From Candidatus Omnitrophota bacterium (GTDB lineage: Bacteria > Omnitrophota > Gorgyraeia > JAFGGP01): DNA of 64,000 bases. Position numbers and translations under genes: made by a program. The number at the start of each line of letters is the position of its first letter. Position 1 is the stretch's first letter. The stretch lies in assembly GCA_016930485.1 (NCBI GenBank), contig JAFGGP010000030.1, positions 66,745 through 130,744 on the forward strand, written 5' to 3'. The notes below the pieces were generated by a model that did no database searches, was not told where the DNA came from, and was given only the letters and a program-made list of their open reading frames with translations. Shown here piece after piece: positions 44,938-54,405 of this stretch.

Positions 44938-45735
44938 CTAAATAAAGCTCTGGGTGAGGTATTCAGGAGGGATTTCGTAACGACTCCAGAGGGGGTTGAC
45001 GCGTTTGATATTCTCCATCTTAAAGGTGCGCACGTGGCCTTCCAGCGGCACGAGCCCTTTCAGGAGCATGCCCTCAATAGAGTAAATGTGCACCTGAAGT
45101 TTTTCATTGCCTGCCTCGGCAGAGTGCCCCCGATACTCCATTTCCACTACCAGTTTTCTCTCAAAACTCTCCCGGATTGTCTTCTCGAGAAGTGTATCGA
45201 GACGGCGCCAGTTCACCGAAACACTTATCTTGTCTGCGGTGTCCTTGGCGGTAAAATAGATCATCCCGTTCTGTCTCCCAAATTCATATACATCCCGTGT
45301 CAGACGGACATCATCGATGCAGTATGACTTGAGTTTTTCGATGTCACCGGACCGGAAGTACTGGATCGCATCAAGACCGTCTCCGCTCTTCAGCTTTCCC
45401 AGGGTGGCCTCAGCGACACTGTTGAGGCTGACGCGATGCCCGACGACCTTCTGAATCTCCTCCATAATATCAAGCACCGGCAATGAATCAACAGAGGTGG
45501 TGAAATACGGGCTGAGTGCCGGCAGATCAAAACGGCGTATGTTAAATCCTATGATACGGTCGCACAAAAGCAGCCGACTCTCAAGTTCGTGTAGCTGCGT
45601 CTCATCAAAGGTTTGAAAAGACGTCTCTGCGTAATCATAGATACCGACGACCGAGACCTTAAGCTGTCCGGGATCCCGCGTTCCGATATCACGGAAGGTA
45701 TTCTGTGTCTCAAGGTCAAGGACTATCTCGTTCAC
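44938..45735 (-). CDS. RNase H-fold 3'-5' exonuclease (PolB-exo-like) fused to a WYL-like C-terminal domain
   Basis: Exo I LDLET, Exo II IGFNIRRFD, Exo III YCIDDVRLT. The C-terminal ~95 aa (VVEMEYRG...VHIYSIEG...GHVRTFKMENIKRV) follows the WYL-domain pattern ending R.F+ld+I. Confidence 0.65.
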   Translation of the reverse strand: MNEIVLDLETQNTFRDIGTRDPGQLKVSVVGIYDYAETSFQTFDETQLHELESRLLLCDRIIGFNIRRFDLPALSPYFTTSVDSLPVLDIMEEIQKVVGHRVSLNSVAEATLGKLKSGDGLDAIQYFRSGDIEKLKSYCIDDVRLTRDVYEFGRQNGMIYFTAKDTADKISVSVNWRRLDTLLEKTIRESFERKLVVEMEYRGHSAEAGNEKLQVHIYSIEGMLLKGLVPLEGHVRTFKMENIKRVNPLWSRYEIPPEYLTQSFI

Positions 45736-45749
45736 AATGCACTCCTCCT

Positions 45750-46520
45750 TTAAATGATCAGTTTGAATAATGCCAGGCTCATAAGCAGCAGACCGGTCGC
45801 ACTTTTTGAAATCTCGAAGAGAGGCGGCTTCTCCGTTCCTTCTTTTCTGATAACGCCGACGGTCAACAGCGGCACGACACAGGCCGCCGGTATAAAAGAA
45901 CTGAGAAGAGACGGCCTTTTTAATTCAATAAAAAGGATCGCATACCCTATAACAGCCGAGATAAGGGTTCCATAGGCGATCTTGGATGCCGTCATCGCAA
46001 AGCGCCTGATTTTTTTCTGTGTTTTTTTTGCCGTCTTCGTAAGCCGCTCTGCCTGTTTTTCCAATCGCAAAAAAGCAGACCATGCTACGGTTGCAATAAA
46101 CAGACTTGTGAATGTCAGGTATAATGACGTGATGTACACAAAGATGAAGCGCGAGTCCTTCAGTGTCGCTATAGACGGCTCCATAGAGCGACATACAAGG
46201 CCCGATCCAATAATGAAGGCCGCGGCAATCACGTGAGGTAACACAAGGTTTTGCATCTTCAGCCGGTACTCCATAAACATATATTCACCGACCAGAATCC
46301 ACGCCAAAGATACGCCGATACCCGATATGGTATAAAACAGTGCCTGCGTCGACTCGTAATGCCCCACAATCAGAGTGAGTGTATGGACCAGAAAACCGCT
46401 GACCAGGGCTAATACCCCAAGAACGCTGACCTTATCTTTGGTGCGGACCAGCGGCCTTATAAAAAAAAGGGCACTAGTGCAGTAGAGAATGAGAGTCGCT
46501 AACAGCAGGCCTTTGAACAT
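45750..46520 (-). CDS. Polytopic membrane protein, function unknown
   Basis: 256 aa with about 7 hydrophobic segments and a basic loop (KTAKKTQKKIRR). No motif recognised. Confidence 0.5.
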   Translation of the reverse strand: MFKGLLLATLILYCTSALFFIRPLVRTKDKVSVLGVLALVSGFLVHTLTLIVGHYESTQALFYTISGIGVSLAWILVGEYMFMEYRLKMQNLVLPHVIAAAFIIGSGLVCRSMEPSIATLKDSRFIFVYITSLYLTFTSLFIATVAWSAFLRLEKQAERLTKTAKKTQKKIRRFAMTASKIAYGTLISAVIGYAILFIELKRPSLLSSFIPAACVVPLLTVGVIRKEGTEKPPLFEISKSATGLLLMSLALFKLII

Positions 46521-46625
46521 TATAACAACAATATTCCTTTTGGCTCTTCAGACAAAATCTCTTCCTTGCTGTGCCTGTCAGAACGAGCGGCCCGGAAAAT
46601 CAGAATATACCCCCCTCCCGCTCAA

Positions 46626-46997
46626 TTACTTAACGGAGAGAACCGCATTCTGGGTGCCGAACTCATTGGTTATGAAGTGCTGTGCGGCAGGGTCGTCGCA
46701 CCACGTATCGTCCACAATAAAGCGATACTGGTAAGTGCCCGGATTGAGTTTCAGCTCTTTTGTCCAGAGGCCGGTTTTGCTTTTGGTAAGCGGCGTGGCC
46801 TTCCAACCGTTGAAATCCCCTGCAACACCCACGCTGTATGCCGAGGGTGCGTCAAAAGAAACCGTTATTGTCTTCTCGGATGCCTTTTTTGCCTGCGTGG
46901 CAGCCGTCTTTGCGCAGCAATCTTTCTTGCTTGATGCGCACTCGGTCTTTGCGGTTGCCTTTTTCGTCATGTTCGCCTTTTTTGTTGCCATAACCAC
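46626..46997 (-). CDS. Glycogen-binding (CBM48 / AMPK-beta-like) domain protein with K/A-rich basic N-terminus
   Basis: VSFDAPSAYSVGVAGDFNGWK...GTYQYRFIVDDTW is the CBM48 / E-set pattern. The first ~45 aa are lysine/alanine rich. Confidence 0.65.
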   Translation of the reverse strand: MVMATKKANMTKKATAKTECASSKKDCCAKTAATQAKKASEKTITVSFDAPSAYSVGVAGDFNGWKATPLTKSKTGLWTKELKLNPGTYQYRFIVDDTWCDDPAAQHFITNEFGTQNAVLSVK

Positions 46998-47043
46998 TCC
47001 TTTCGTTTTACCCCGTTAGAGAATTGCTTTTCTTTCTACGTGA

Positions 47044-47946
47044 TTAAAAACTCATAGCATCCCGTAATGCCCTGAGACGCCCTTCCACATCCTGCGGTCC
47101 AAGTTCCATAAGTCGTTCGATGCCGAATCTCTCAACACAAAAAGAGCCCATAACCACGCCGTAGGCTACCGCCTCTTTCATTTCCTTCAGGCCAAAGCTT
47201 TTGTTCTGTGCCAGATATCCGAGACAGCCACCCGCAAAGGTATCTCCTGCCCCCGTCGGGTCTACTACCGACTTAACCGGGTAGGTCGGCAATGTAAAAA
47301 TAGTCTCCTTATGGACCAGCAGCGCCCCGTGTTCTCCTTTCTTAATAATGACTGCCTTAAGACCTCCCGCAAGCAATTTCTCGCCGGCAAGTAAGACGTT
47401 TTGCTCCTCGGCAAGCATCTTTGCCTCTTCATCATTCAATATCAGAATATCTATTTTGCCCAGCAGTTTGAGCAAGGCCTCCCGCTTAGACACAATCCAG
47501 TGGTCCATGGTATCTGCGGCAATCAACGAATAAGAATCGATCTGGTTAATCAAATCTGCCTGCAATTCAGGATCGATATTGGCAAGGAATACGATATCCG
47601 GATTTTTCAGGTTATCCGGGATATTCGGTGTAAATGCGGAAAAGACATTGAGCTGCAGATCAAGGGTTTCGCGTTTATTAAGGTCTTCAAAATACTTGCC
47701 TTTCCACCGGAAGGTCTTCCCTTCCCGCACCTCAAGTCCGCTCAGATTAACGTTCCGTTTGCGAAACGGCTCTATATGCTGCTGCGGAAAATCCTTGCCG
47801 ATCACCCCTACCAGATTAACCTCTGCAAATAAAGATGCCGCAAGACTGAAGTAGGTAGCCGAACCCCCCAGTTGCTCCTCATTGGCGCCGAAAGGGGTTT
47901 CGACGCAGTCTATCGCGATTGACCCGATAACTAAAATTTCACCCAT
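47044..47946 (-). CDS. PfkB-family carbohydrate kinase
   Basis: C-terminal DPTGAGDTFAGG signature and an N-terminal GG-type motif. Confidence 0.8.
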   Translation of the reverse strand: MGEILVIGSIAIDCVETPFGANEEQLGGSATYFSLAASLFAEVNLVGVIGKDFPQQHIEPFRKRNVNLSGLEVREGKTFRWKGKYFEDLNKRETLDLQLNVFSAFTPNIPDNLKNPDIVFLANIDPELQADLINQIDSYSLIAADTMDHWIVSKREALLKLLGKIDILILNDEEAKMLAEEQNVLLAGEKLLAGGLKAVIIKKGEHGALLVHKETIFTLPTYPVKSVVDPTGAGDTFAGGCLGYLAQNKSFGLKEMKEAVAYGVVMGSFCVERFGIERLMELGPQDVEGRLRALRDAMSF

Positions 47947-48258
47947 TTCTTATTATGCCCCTTAATAATTGGGGGAATCGCCTCCGGCAGGTTTTTGGGT
48001 TGAGTGCAATTATAACAAATAGGCCGAAAAACACAAGAAGAAACTCATTGCCGCCAAAAAAGGTGCAGGAACGGTTTTCATAAGGATGTTGTTGTGCCGT
48101 TTAGTCACTGTTCACCCAAATAAACAGCACCCCTTATATTTTATTTCTTTAAAAAGCAGCAGGCTCTTTCCTAAGAAATTTAATTATGAACGATAAGAGA
48201 CGCTTTTCTTTTTTGTTAAATCCCCTTAAAAAGTTAAGAGGTGCGTTGGTCCGCACAA

Positions 48259-48275
48259 TGGCATAATTATTGCAT
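48259..48275 (+). promoter_or_regulatory. Sigma-54 (-24/-12) promoter upstream of the LTD protein gene
   Basis: TGGCATaattaTTGCAT has GG-N10-GC spacing and matches the consensus TGGCAC-N5-TTGCW at all but one position. Lies ~90 nt upstream of ATG 48364. The palindrome gtgcg-ttggtc-cgcac sits immediately upstream (48241-48256). Confidence 0.7.
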
Positions 48276-48363
48276 ATTTATCAATAGAAATTTGTTAAAT
48301 CATCAAACTATACACAGTGGTTGCGGCCGCCCGCGTGTGTGTAGAAACAACAAGGAGGTAGGT

Positions 48364-49038
48364 ATGTATAAAATGGTGTTGTGTGCGTTGCTCGGTATTT
48401 GTCTGTCCGCTTTCTGGTGTCCCCAGGCAGAGGCCATGGTAGTCATCAGTGAGATCTACTATGACCACCCGGGAGACGATGAAGGGCATGAATTTGTCGA
48501 GCTGTACAATAACTCTGACGAGGTCGTGGATCTGACGCACTGGGAAATCCAGTGGGCCGGCAACGAGTTTGCCCAGCGGGGCGTTGAGATCTCGGGAACA
48601 ATCGCCCCACACGGGTACTTCCTGATCGGAGGGGATTTTACGCTGGCCGATTTCGGTGTTGAGCCGGATATGATCTATAACTTTGACTTCCAGAATGGCG
48701 GGTCGGCAACGGACGGGATACGCCTGTATGATGGTATCGAATACTATGATACTATCCTGTATGACAGCCCGAATGCCAACACACTCCCCGGAGATCTGGG
48801 CTGGGGCGGTGCCACTTTTGCCCCGGACGTCACACAGGGACATAGCCTGGCTCGCGAAAAGGTCTTTCGTGATACAGACGAAATGAACGACTTTATTGAA
48901 CTGACGACGCCGCAGCCTGATAACTCTTCAGTTCAAAAGCCGAAGGGGAGTGCACAGATCCCCGAGAATGCTACGGTCATTTCACTTGCGGGAGGAATGG
49001 CGGGCATGAATCTCGTACATAAACTGTGGAGATTCTAA
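48364..49038 (+). CDS. Secreted lamin-tail-domain (LTD) protein with PEP-CTERM-like C-terminal anchor
   Basis: ORF 48241..49038. Start set at MYKMVLCALLG (ATG 48364-48366), which has AAGGAGG upstream. LTD pattern ISEIYYDHPGDDEGHEFVELYN...VDLTHW. C-terminus IPENATVISLAGGMAGMNLVHKLWRF resembles PEP-CTERM (motif, hydrophobic stretch, basic end). Confidence 0.7.
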   Translation: MYKMVLCALLGICLSAFWCPQAEAMVVISEIYYDHPGDDEGHEFVELYNNSDEVVDLTHWEIQWAGNEFAQRGVEISGTIAPHGYFLIGGDFTLADFGVEPDMIYNFDFQNGGSATDGIRLYDGIEYYDTILYDSPNANTLPGDLGWGGATFAPDVTQGHSLAREKVFRDTDEMNDFIELTTPQPDNSSVQKPKGSAQIPENATVISLAGGMAGMNLVHKLWRF

Positions 49039-49047
49039 CGGAAGACT

Positions 49048-49116
49048 AAAAAGGGCGCAGATTCTCCTGAAGCTAAAAAAAGGATGGGGCTTCTTTAGGC
49101 AGGGTCTGCGCCTTTT
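49048..49116. terminator. Bidirectional terminator between the convergent LTD and RND genes
   Basis: Outer stem ggcgcaga / tctgcgcc with T-runs on both strands. Inner stem gaagc / gcttc. Confidence 0.6.
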
Positions 49117-52100
49117 CTACACAACTGTGGTGGGGTCCTGTTCCGTGACTGTTGCGTCCACCCGGCAGACAGGCTTTAACAGCTTGCTATTCGGAAAAAT
49201 TTTCTTACAGAAAAACGACTTGATATCGCTGAGCACTAAATAGATGCACGGTATCATGAAAATAACAAGTGTCGTAGCAAAAGCAAGACCCCAGCTTAGG
49301 GCAAGCGCCATCGGTTTGAGGAATGGATCGTTACCCCCGATCCCATAGGCAACCGGTAGAAGCCCGCCGACAGTGGTAATAGTGGTAAGGATAACGGGTC
49401 TTAACCTGATCTGTCCTGCCTGAATAACCGCCTCCCTGAGCGGCAGTCCTTCCTTGCGTTTTTTATTAATAAATTCCACCAGGACGATCGAATCGTTTAC
49501 CACCACACCGATCAGTCCGATAATGCCCATACCGGCCAGAAAGCTTACCGGTTCATGGTGGAGTTTAAAGGCCACTATCACCCCGATCAGGCCAAACGGT
49601 ATGGCAAGCATAATAATCAACGGCTGTATCAGGGATTGAAAGGTAGCGGCGAGAATCACGTAAATAAGAAAGAGGGCGACCAGAAGCGCCTTAACCAAAC
49701 TCAGCATTGACGTTCTGTTTTCCTCAAATTCACCGCCAAGTTCGGAAGAGTATCCGCGTTTATCGTTAAAATAGCCTTCGAAGTGTTTCATGACAAGCCG
49801 GTTTGCCTTCTCCGAGGTAATTTGTTTCCTGTTTACTTCAGCGCCCACCGTGACAACCCGTTTACCGTCAAGGTGATATATCCTGGCAAGGGACTGATCT
49901 CTTTCAAAGCTCGCCACCTTATTAAGAGGTATCAGATTACCCAGCTTGTTCTGTATCAGAATCTTATCAAAGGCCTCCATGGATCCCCGGTATTGTTCAG
50001 GCAGACGGACCTTTACGTCGATCTCCTCTTCTGCCTTGAGGGGTTTAATCGTGGTTGCGACGCCACCCTCGAACGCATACCGTACGGTCCTGGCAATATC
50101 GCCGACCTGCAGATATGCCTGGGCCGCCTTATCTCTGTCAACTACTATCCTGATCTCATCCTTGCCCAGGCTGTAGTCGTCGGATATGTCCTTCACCCCC
50201 TTTAAGGTCTGCAGATACCGCTTAACATCATCGCTTATAGAGGTAAGCATACTGAATGCCTCGCCTTTAATGCGCACGGATACAGGTTTGCCTACCGGCG
50301 GACCGGGTTTTACCATCTGAAACGTCAGTTTTTCAAACTGTTCGAATTCCTTCATGCCGGCGGCCTTCTCGCGCAATGCATCCACGATATCTTCGGCCAG
50401 TCGCCTCCTGTGCTGGATCGGCGTCAGATAGACAACAAGCTGTCCCAGGTGTGAACCGAAGGTATCGACCGGGCCGACAATACTCCATTCGCCTATAGAA
50501 CCAACCTGCGTGATATAGGTATCAAGGTCTTTCTTCGGGAGGCTGTTGACCAATTTCTCAACCGGCTCCAGCGCCTTCCTTGTCTCCTCAAGCGAGGTAC
50601 CTACCGGCATCTCTCCCATTATGTAAAATGTCTCAACGCCCCTCGGCGGGAAAAGCTCTCTGTCCATAAAATATCCCTCTATCCCAGCAAAAATAAAGAT
50701 TAAAAGAAGTCCCCCCATCGCGATATAGCGGTGCGCAAGCAGGGTTTCTATGGTCTTTGTGTAAAAACCGAGCAGCGCCTTAAACCACTCACTCTCTTTC
50801 TTCGACAGTATTTTTCCCTGCGGGTCCCGTTTCGGTGGCTTTACAAAATCAGCGAGGTGTGACGGCAGTATAATAAATGCCTCAATGATCGAGGCGGTAA
50901 GGGCAATGATAACTACCTGCGGTATGACCCGCGTAAACTTTCCCATAATACCACTCATGACAATCAGCGAACAGAAAGCCACAAGTGTGGTAGTAACAGT
51001 AGCGGTAACCGGCTTTACGACTTCGTTCGTCCCAATAATTGCTGCCTGTTTTCGCGGGACCCCCTGTTCGATATACCGGTAGACGTTTTCAGAGATAATG
51101 ATGCCGTCGTCCACGATCATGCCCAGCACGATAATCAGCCCAAACATCGTAAGCAGATTAATGCTCATACCCATGTAGCTCATAATAATAAAGGTAATAA
51201 AGAAGGCTATGGGGATGCCAAAGGCGGTCCAGAGGGCAATCCATCTGTTTAAAAAGATCAGGAGGCAGCTCACCACCAGAACGATACCCACCATCCCGTT
51301 ATTCTTGAGCACGTTAAGGCGTCTCCTGATGTAATAGGACATATCATCGATAAGCCGTATCTTGAGATTTGCCGGGGCCTCTTTTTTGTACGCCGCAACG
51401 ATTTTTTTAACCTCATCGACAATCCGTATGGCATCTCCTTTTTCCTTTTTGATGACGCTCGAGAAGATGGCCCGCTCGCCGTCGGTCATATACATTACCT
51501 TGTCGTCCTCCAGGGTATAGCGTACCGTTGCCACATCCCTGATCCTGAGCCAGTTACCAAGGTCGTTGGCGCGGATAATCACCTCTTCTATCTCCTCCGG
51601 TGTCCGGAATTCACCGGTTGTCCGTATACTGAACTCCTCCTTTGGCGCACGCAGGTCGCCGGCAGGAACCGAGATATTCCGGCTTGCCAGGGCCGACATA
51701 AGCTCATCAAACGAGATATGATACTCCTTTAACCTGTCCGGGTTTACCTCAACCCACATCTCCTTATCACGCCAGCCAAAACGGCCCGCCCTTGCGACCC
51801 CGCTGACATCCTCAAACATGTCCTCCAACACCTCGGCGTGTTGCTGGAGTTCAAGCTCCGGTAAACCGCTCAGCGAAATATACACCACCGGAATTTCCTT
51901 GCTCGACGGCTTGGTGACGATAGGGTCTTCGACGTCCTCGGGCAGGTCGCTCACACGGTCCACGGCCTGTTCAATATCCTTGAGCACCCTGTCCTGTTCG
52001 ATCTCGTTCAGGTCCGGGTCGAGTTTGATTTTTATAAAAGAGGTGCCCTCCGCAGAGGTAGACTCAAGTTCATCTATGCCGTTAATGCCTTTGATTTCCT

Positions 52101-52305
52101 TCTCCAGCGGGATAGTTAACAGTTTTTCCACTTCTACCGCCTGGGCCCCGGGCCAGATGGTGCTTACGGTGATAAAATCAAAGGCGACGTTGGGAAAAGC
52201 CTCTTTGCGTATGCCAAGCATAACCGTAAGGCCAACGATCAGGATAAAGACCGAGGCCATATTAACCAGCAGTGAATTTCTGACGGAAAAATCGGCTATC
52301 TTCAT
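49117..52305 (-). CDS. RND-family efflux transporter (AcrB/CzcA-like)
   Basis: 1062 aa with 12-TM architecture and two large periplasmic loops. Start overlaps the OEP stop. Confidence 0.9.
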   Translation of the reverse strand: MKIADFSVRNSLLVNMASVFILIVGLTVMLGIRKEAFPNVAFDFITVSTIWPGAQAVEVEKLLTIPLEKEIKGINGIDELESTSAEGTSFIKIKLDPDLNEIEQDRVLKDIEQAVDRVSDLPEDVEDPIVTKPSSKEIPVVYISLSGLPELELQQHAEVLEDMFEDVSGVARAGRFGWRDKEMWVEVNPDRLKEYHISFDELMSALASRNISVPAGDLRAPKEEFSIRTTGEFRTPEEIEEVIIRANDLGNWLRIRDVATVRYTLEDDKVMYMTDGERAIFSSVIKKEKGDAIRIVDEVKKIVAAYKKEAPANLKIRLIDDMSYYIRRRLNVLKNNGMVGIVLVVSCLLIFLNRWIALWTAFGIPIAFFITFIIMSYMGMSINLLTMFGLIIVLGMIVDDGIIISENVYRYIEQGVPRKQAAIIGTNEVVKPVTATVTTTLVAFCSLIVMSGIMGKFTRVIPQVVIIALTASIIEAFIILPSHLADFVKPPKRDPQGKILSKKESEWFKALLGFYTKTIETLLAHRYIAMGGLLLIFIFAGIEGYFMDRELFPPRGVETFYIMGEMPVGTSLEETRKALEPVEKLVNSLPKKDLDTYITQVGSIGEWSIVGPVDTFGSHLGQLVVYLTPIQHRRRLAEDIVDALREKAAGMKEFEQFEKLTFQMVKPGPPVGKPVSVRIKGEAFSMLTSISDDVKRYLQTLKGVKDISDDYSLGKDEIRIVVDRDKAAQAYLQVGDIARTVRYAFEGGVATTIKPLKAEEEIDVKVRLPEQYRGSMEAFDKILIQNKLGNLIPLNKVASFERDQSLARIYHLDGKRVVTVGAEVNRKQITSEKANRLVMKHFEGYFNDKRGYSSELGGEFEENRTSMLSLVKALLVALFLIYVILAATFQSLIQPLIIMLAIPFGLIGVIVAFKLHHEPVSFLAGMGIIGLIGVVVNDSIVLVEFINKKRKEGLPLREAVIQAGQIRLRPVILTTITTVGGLLPVAYGIGGNDPFLKPMALALSWGLAFATTLVIFMIPCIYLVLSDIKSFFCKKIFPNSKLLKPVCRVDATVTEQDPTTVV

Positions 52306-53867
52306 TATTCCTCAAAGCCCCACTTGTTGAGAATCGCGTTCTGTGCCAGCTCCAGATCTACCAGGGCCTTTTTGTAGGAGGCACGCGCGGAAATATGTTC
52401 TTTTTCTGCCTGGATTAAATCTTCCTGAAAATCGATTACCGTAAAGCTGTTCGACCGGCCCCTTCCCAGCTTTTTTTCTTCGGATTCCAGCTTTTTCGTC
52501 TGCAGCTCTTCTACCTGCCCCGCCTCTTTCACGGTGAAAAGGGCCAGCTTGAGGTTGCGGAGTTTTTCGTCAAGTTCGACCAGGATTGCCTTCTCGATCT
52601 GCTCGAGTTCGATAAGCGACTTCTGTTTTTCAAACCGGGCCTTTTCATGCTCGCTCCCGGCCTTTCTGTTTTCCAGATTAAAGGAGAACTCCGCCCCGAT
52701 ATAATACGTGGTATGGTCGGCTGAGGTCATAACATCGTAAGCCCCGCCCGAACCGCTGTCAAGACCGTTTAAGGCAAAAGAACCGATCAGGTCCAGCTCC
52801 GGCCACCGGCTGTTGGATGTCAGTTTGATGTTGATGTCCTTCGCCTCTACGTCCTCCTTCTGCCGCAGATAGTCACGCCGCTGGGCAAAGGCCTGTCTGA
52901 ATACGGCTTCCTCCTCCGGCAGCCTCTCATCGACATCAAGAGATTCTACCGGCACTATCTTTTCATCGCTAAAATCATACAATGCCAGCTTCAGGCTGTT
53001 GAGTGTGTCTTCGTAGGCATTCTCGGCTATCAAGACCTCTATCTGCCTCAGATGAAGATTGGCTTCGCTTGCGTAGACATCGGTATCCTCCGAGAGCCCG
53101 GTTTCGAGTTTCTTGCGATTGATATCCAAAAGTGCCTGTGCCTTCTCCAGCGCGTGGTACTTTGCCTGTACGATTTTCCGTGCCTCAACCAAACCCCAAT
53201 ACAGTTTTTCCACACCCGCCAGTGTCTCTTCGATGCGCTGTTTTGTAGTATGGTCGAACTTGCTGATGTCGATTTTGGTAAGCCTGACCGTACCCCGGTC
53301 GATCATGCCCCCGATATTTTTAAGAACCGACTGCGTTACCTCCAGCTCCGTCGAGGAATCAAAACTCGGGTTAATATCCACAAAGGGAGAATCGCTTTTC
53401 AGGCGTTTATTGGTATTGCTTAACTCAAGCGTGGTGCCCGTAGGAAGCTTCTTCTTCAGTGAGGCCTCATACGTCGTGGTAAGAGATGCGGTTCCGGAAA
53501 CGGTGCTGGCGCTCTGCCGGTCGGCATCGGTATAGCCGAATTCCAGGTCCAGATACGTATCGTATATGGAATACGCGCTTTTAAGTGAAGTCCCCTTGAT
53601 CGCCTTTTCTATCCGGGCAAGCTTTATATCCAGATTGTTCTCAAAGGCCTCCCGCATTACCTCATCCAGTGTCATGGGTCTTCCCTCTTCGATAACGTCA
53701 GCGTTTTTCTGTTCGATAAGGACCGTGTCCATCTCGGTCGTCTCCAGGCCTAACAAAGATTCATCACACATCATGTCAAGGTACGAACATACAAAAAGAA
53801 ACATCCCGAAACTATATATAAGGCCTTTATACCAAAACCGGATGTCGTAGTAACCTAGTTGCTTCAT
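52305..53867 (-). CDS. TolC-like outer-membrane efflux protein (OEP family)
   Basis: 520 aa. Duplicated OEP repeat pattern with coiled-coil segments. Confidence 0.8.
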   Translation of the reverse strand: MKQLGYYDIRFWYKGLIYSFGMFLFVCSYLDMMCDESLLGLETTEMDTVLIEQKNADVIEEGRPMTLDEVMREAFENNLDIKLARIEKAIKGTSLKSAYSIYDTYLDLEFGYTDADRQSASTVSGTASLTTTYEASLKKKLPTGTTLELSNTNKRLKSDSPFVDINPSFDSSTELEVTQSVLKNIGGMIDRGTVRLTKIDISKFDHTTKQRIEETLAGVEKLYWGLVEARKIVQAKYHALEKAQALLDINRKKLETGLSEDTDVYASEANLHLRQIEVLIAENAYEDTLNSLKLALYDFSDEKIVPVESLDVDERLPEEEAVFRQAFAQRRDYLRQKEDVEAKDINIKLTSNSRWPELDLIGSFALNGLDSGSGGAYDVMTSADHTTYYIGAEFSFNLENRKAGSEHEKARFEKQKSLIELEQIEKAILVELDEKLRNLKLALFTVKEAGQVEELQTKKLESEEKKLGRGRSNSFTVIDFQEDLIQAEKEHISARASYKKALVDLELAQNAILNKWGFEE

Positions 53868-53874
53868 GGTAGCA

Positions 53875-54315
53875 TCATCCCCCTGTTAAAATGCCTGTAA
53901 CCTTCTCTAAAATAGATACGTATGTCTCTCTCTCATCGGGAGAAAGGGCGCTGAATCCCACCTTGATAACCTCGGCGCGCTGTGAACGCACCTTCTGAAT
54001 GAGCGCCTGTCCTCTTTTTGTCAGCTGGATAAAAATGACCCGTCTGTCGGCCTCTGAAGGAAGCCTTGTCAGGAGATCAAGTTTTGCGAGCCTGTCCACA
54101 ATCCCGGTGACCGCCGGCCTGGAGATACGCATCTCCGCGGCCACCTCACACATCTTTATCCTGCCGGCATTCCCGATTAATTCCAGAACAAGGAACTGCG
54201 GGATACTCAGATCTCCTTTTATAAAAATAGCCGACTGCCGCACGTGAACCTTCCGGATAAATCGAGGGATAATCTGGTTCATGCGTTCTATAAACTGTTC
54301 GATGGTCAGAGACAT
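53875..54315 (-). CDS. MarR-family transcriptional regulator
   Basis: Winged-helix pattern LSIPQFLVLELI...MCEVAAEMRISRPAVTGIVDRLAKLDLLTR. Confidence 0.85.
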   Translation of the reverse strand: MSLTIEQFIERMNQIIPRFIRKVHVRQSAIFIKGDLSIPQFLVLELIGNAGRIKMCEVAAEMRISRPAVTGIVDRLAKLDLLTRLPSEADRRVIFIQLTKRGQALIQKVRSQRAEVIKVGFSALSPDERETYVSILEKVTGILTGG

Positions 54316-54405
54316 CGTCGGCCCAAATAGTTCATCTTGTTATTAATTAATTTCGTTAACTATTCACACTTTTAATTATATACCAGAGAATGGGCGGTGT
54401 CAACT

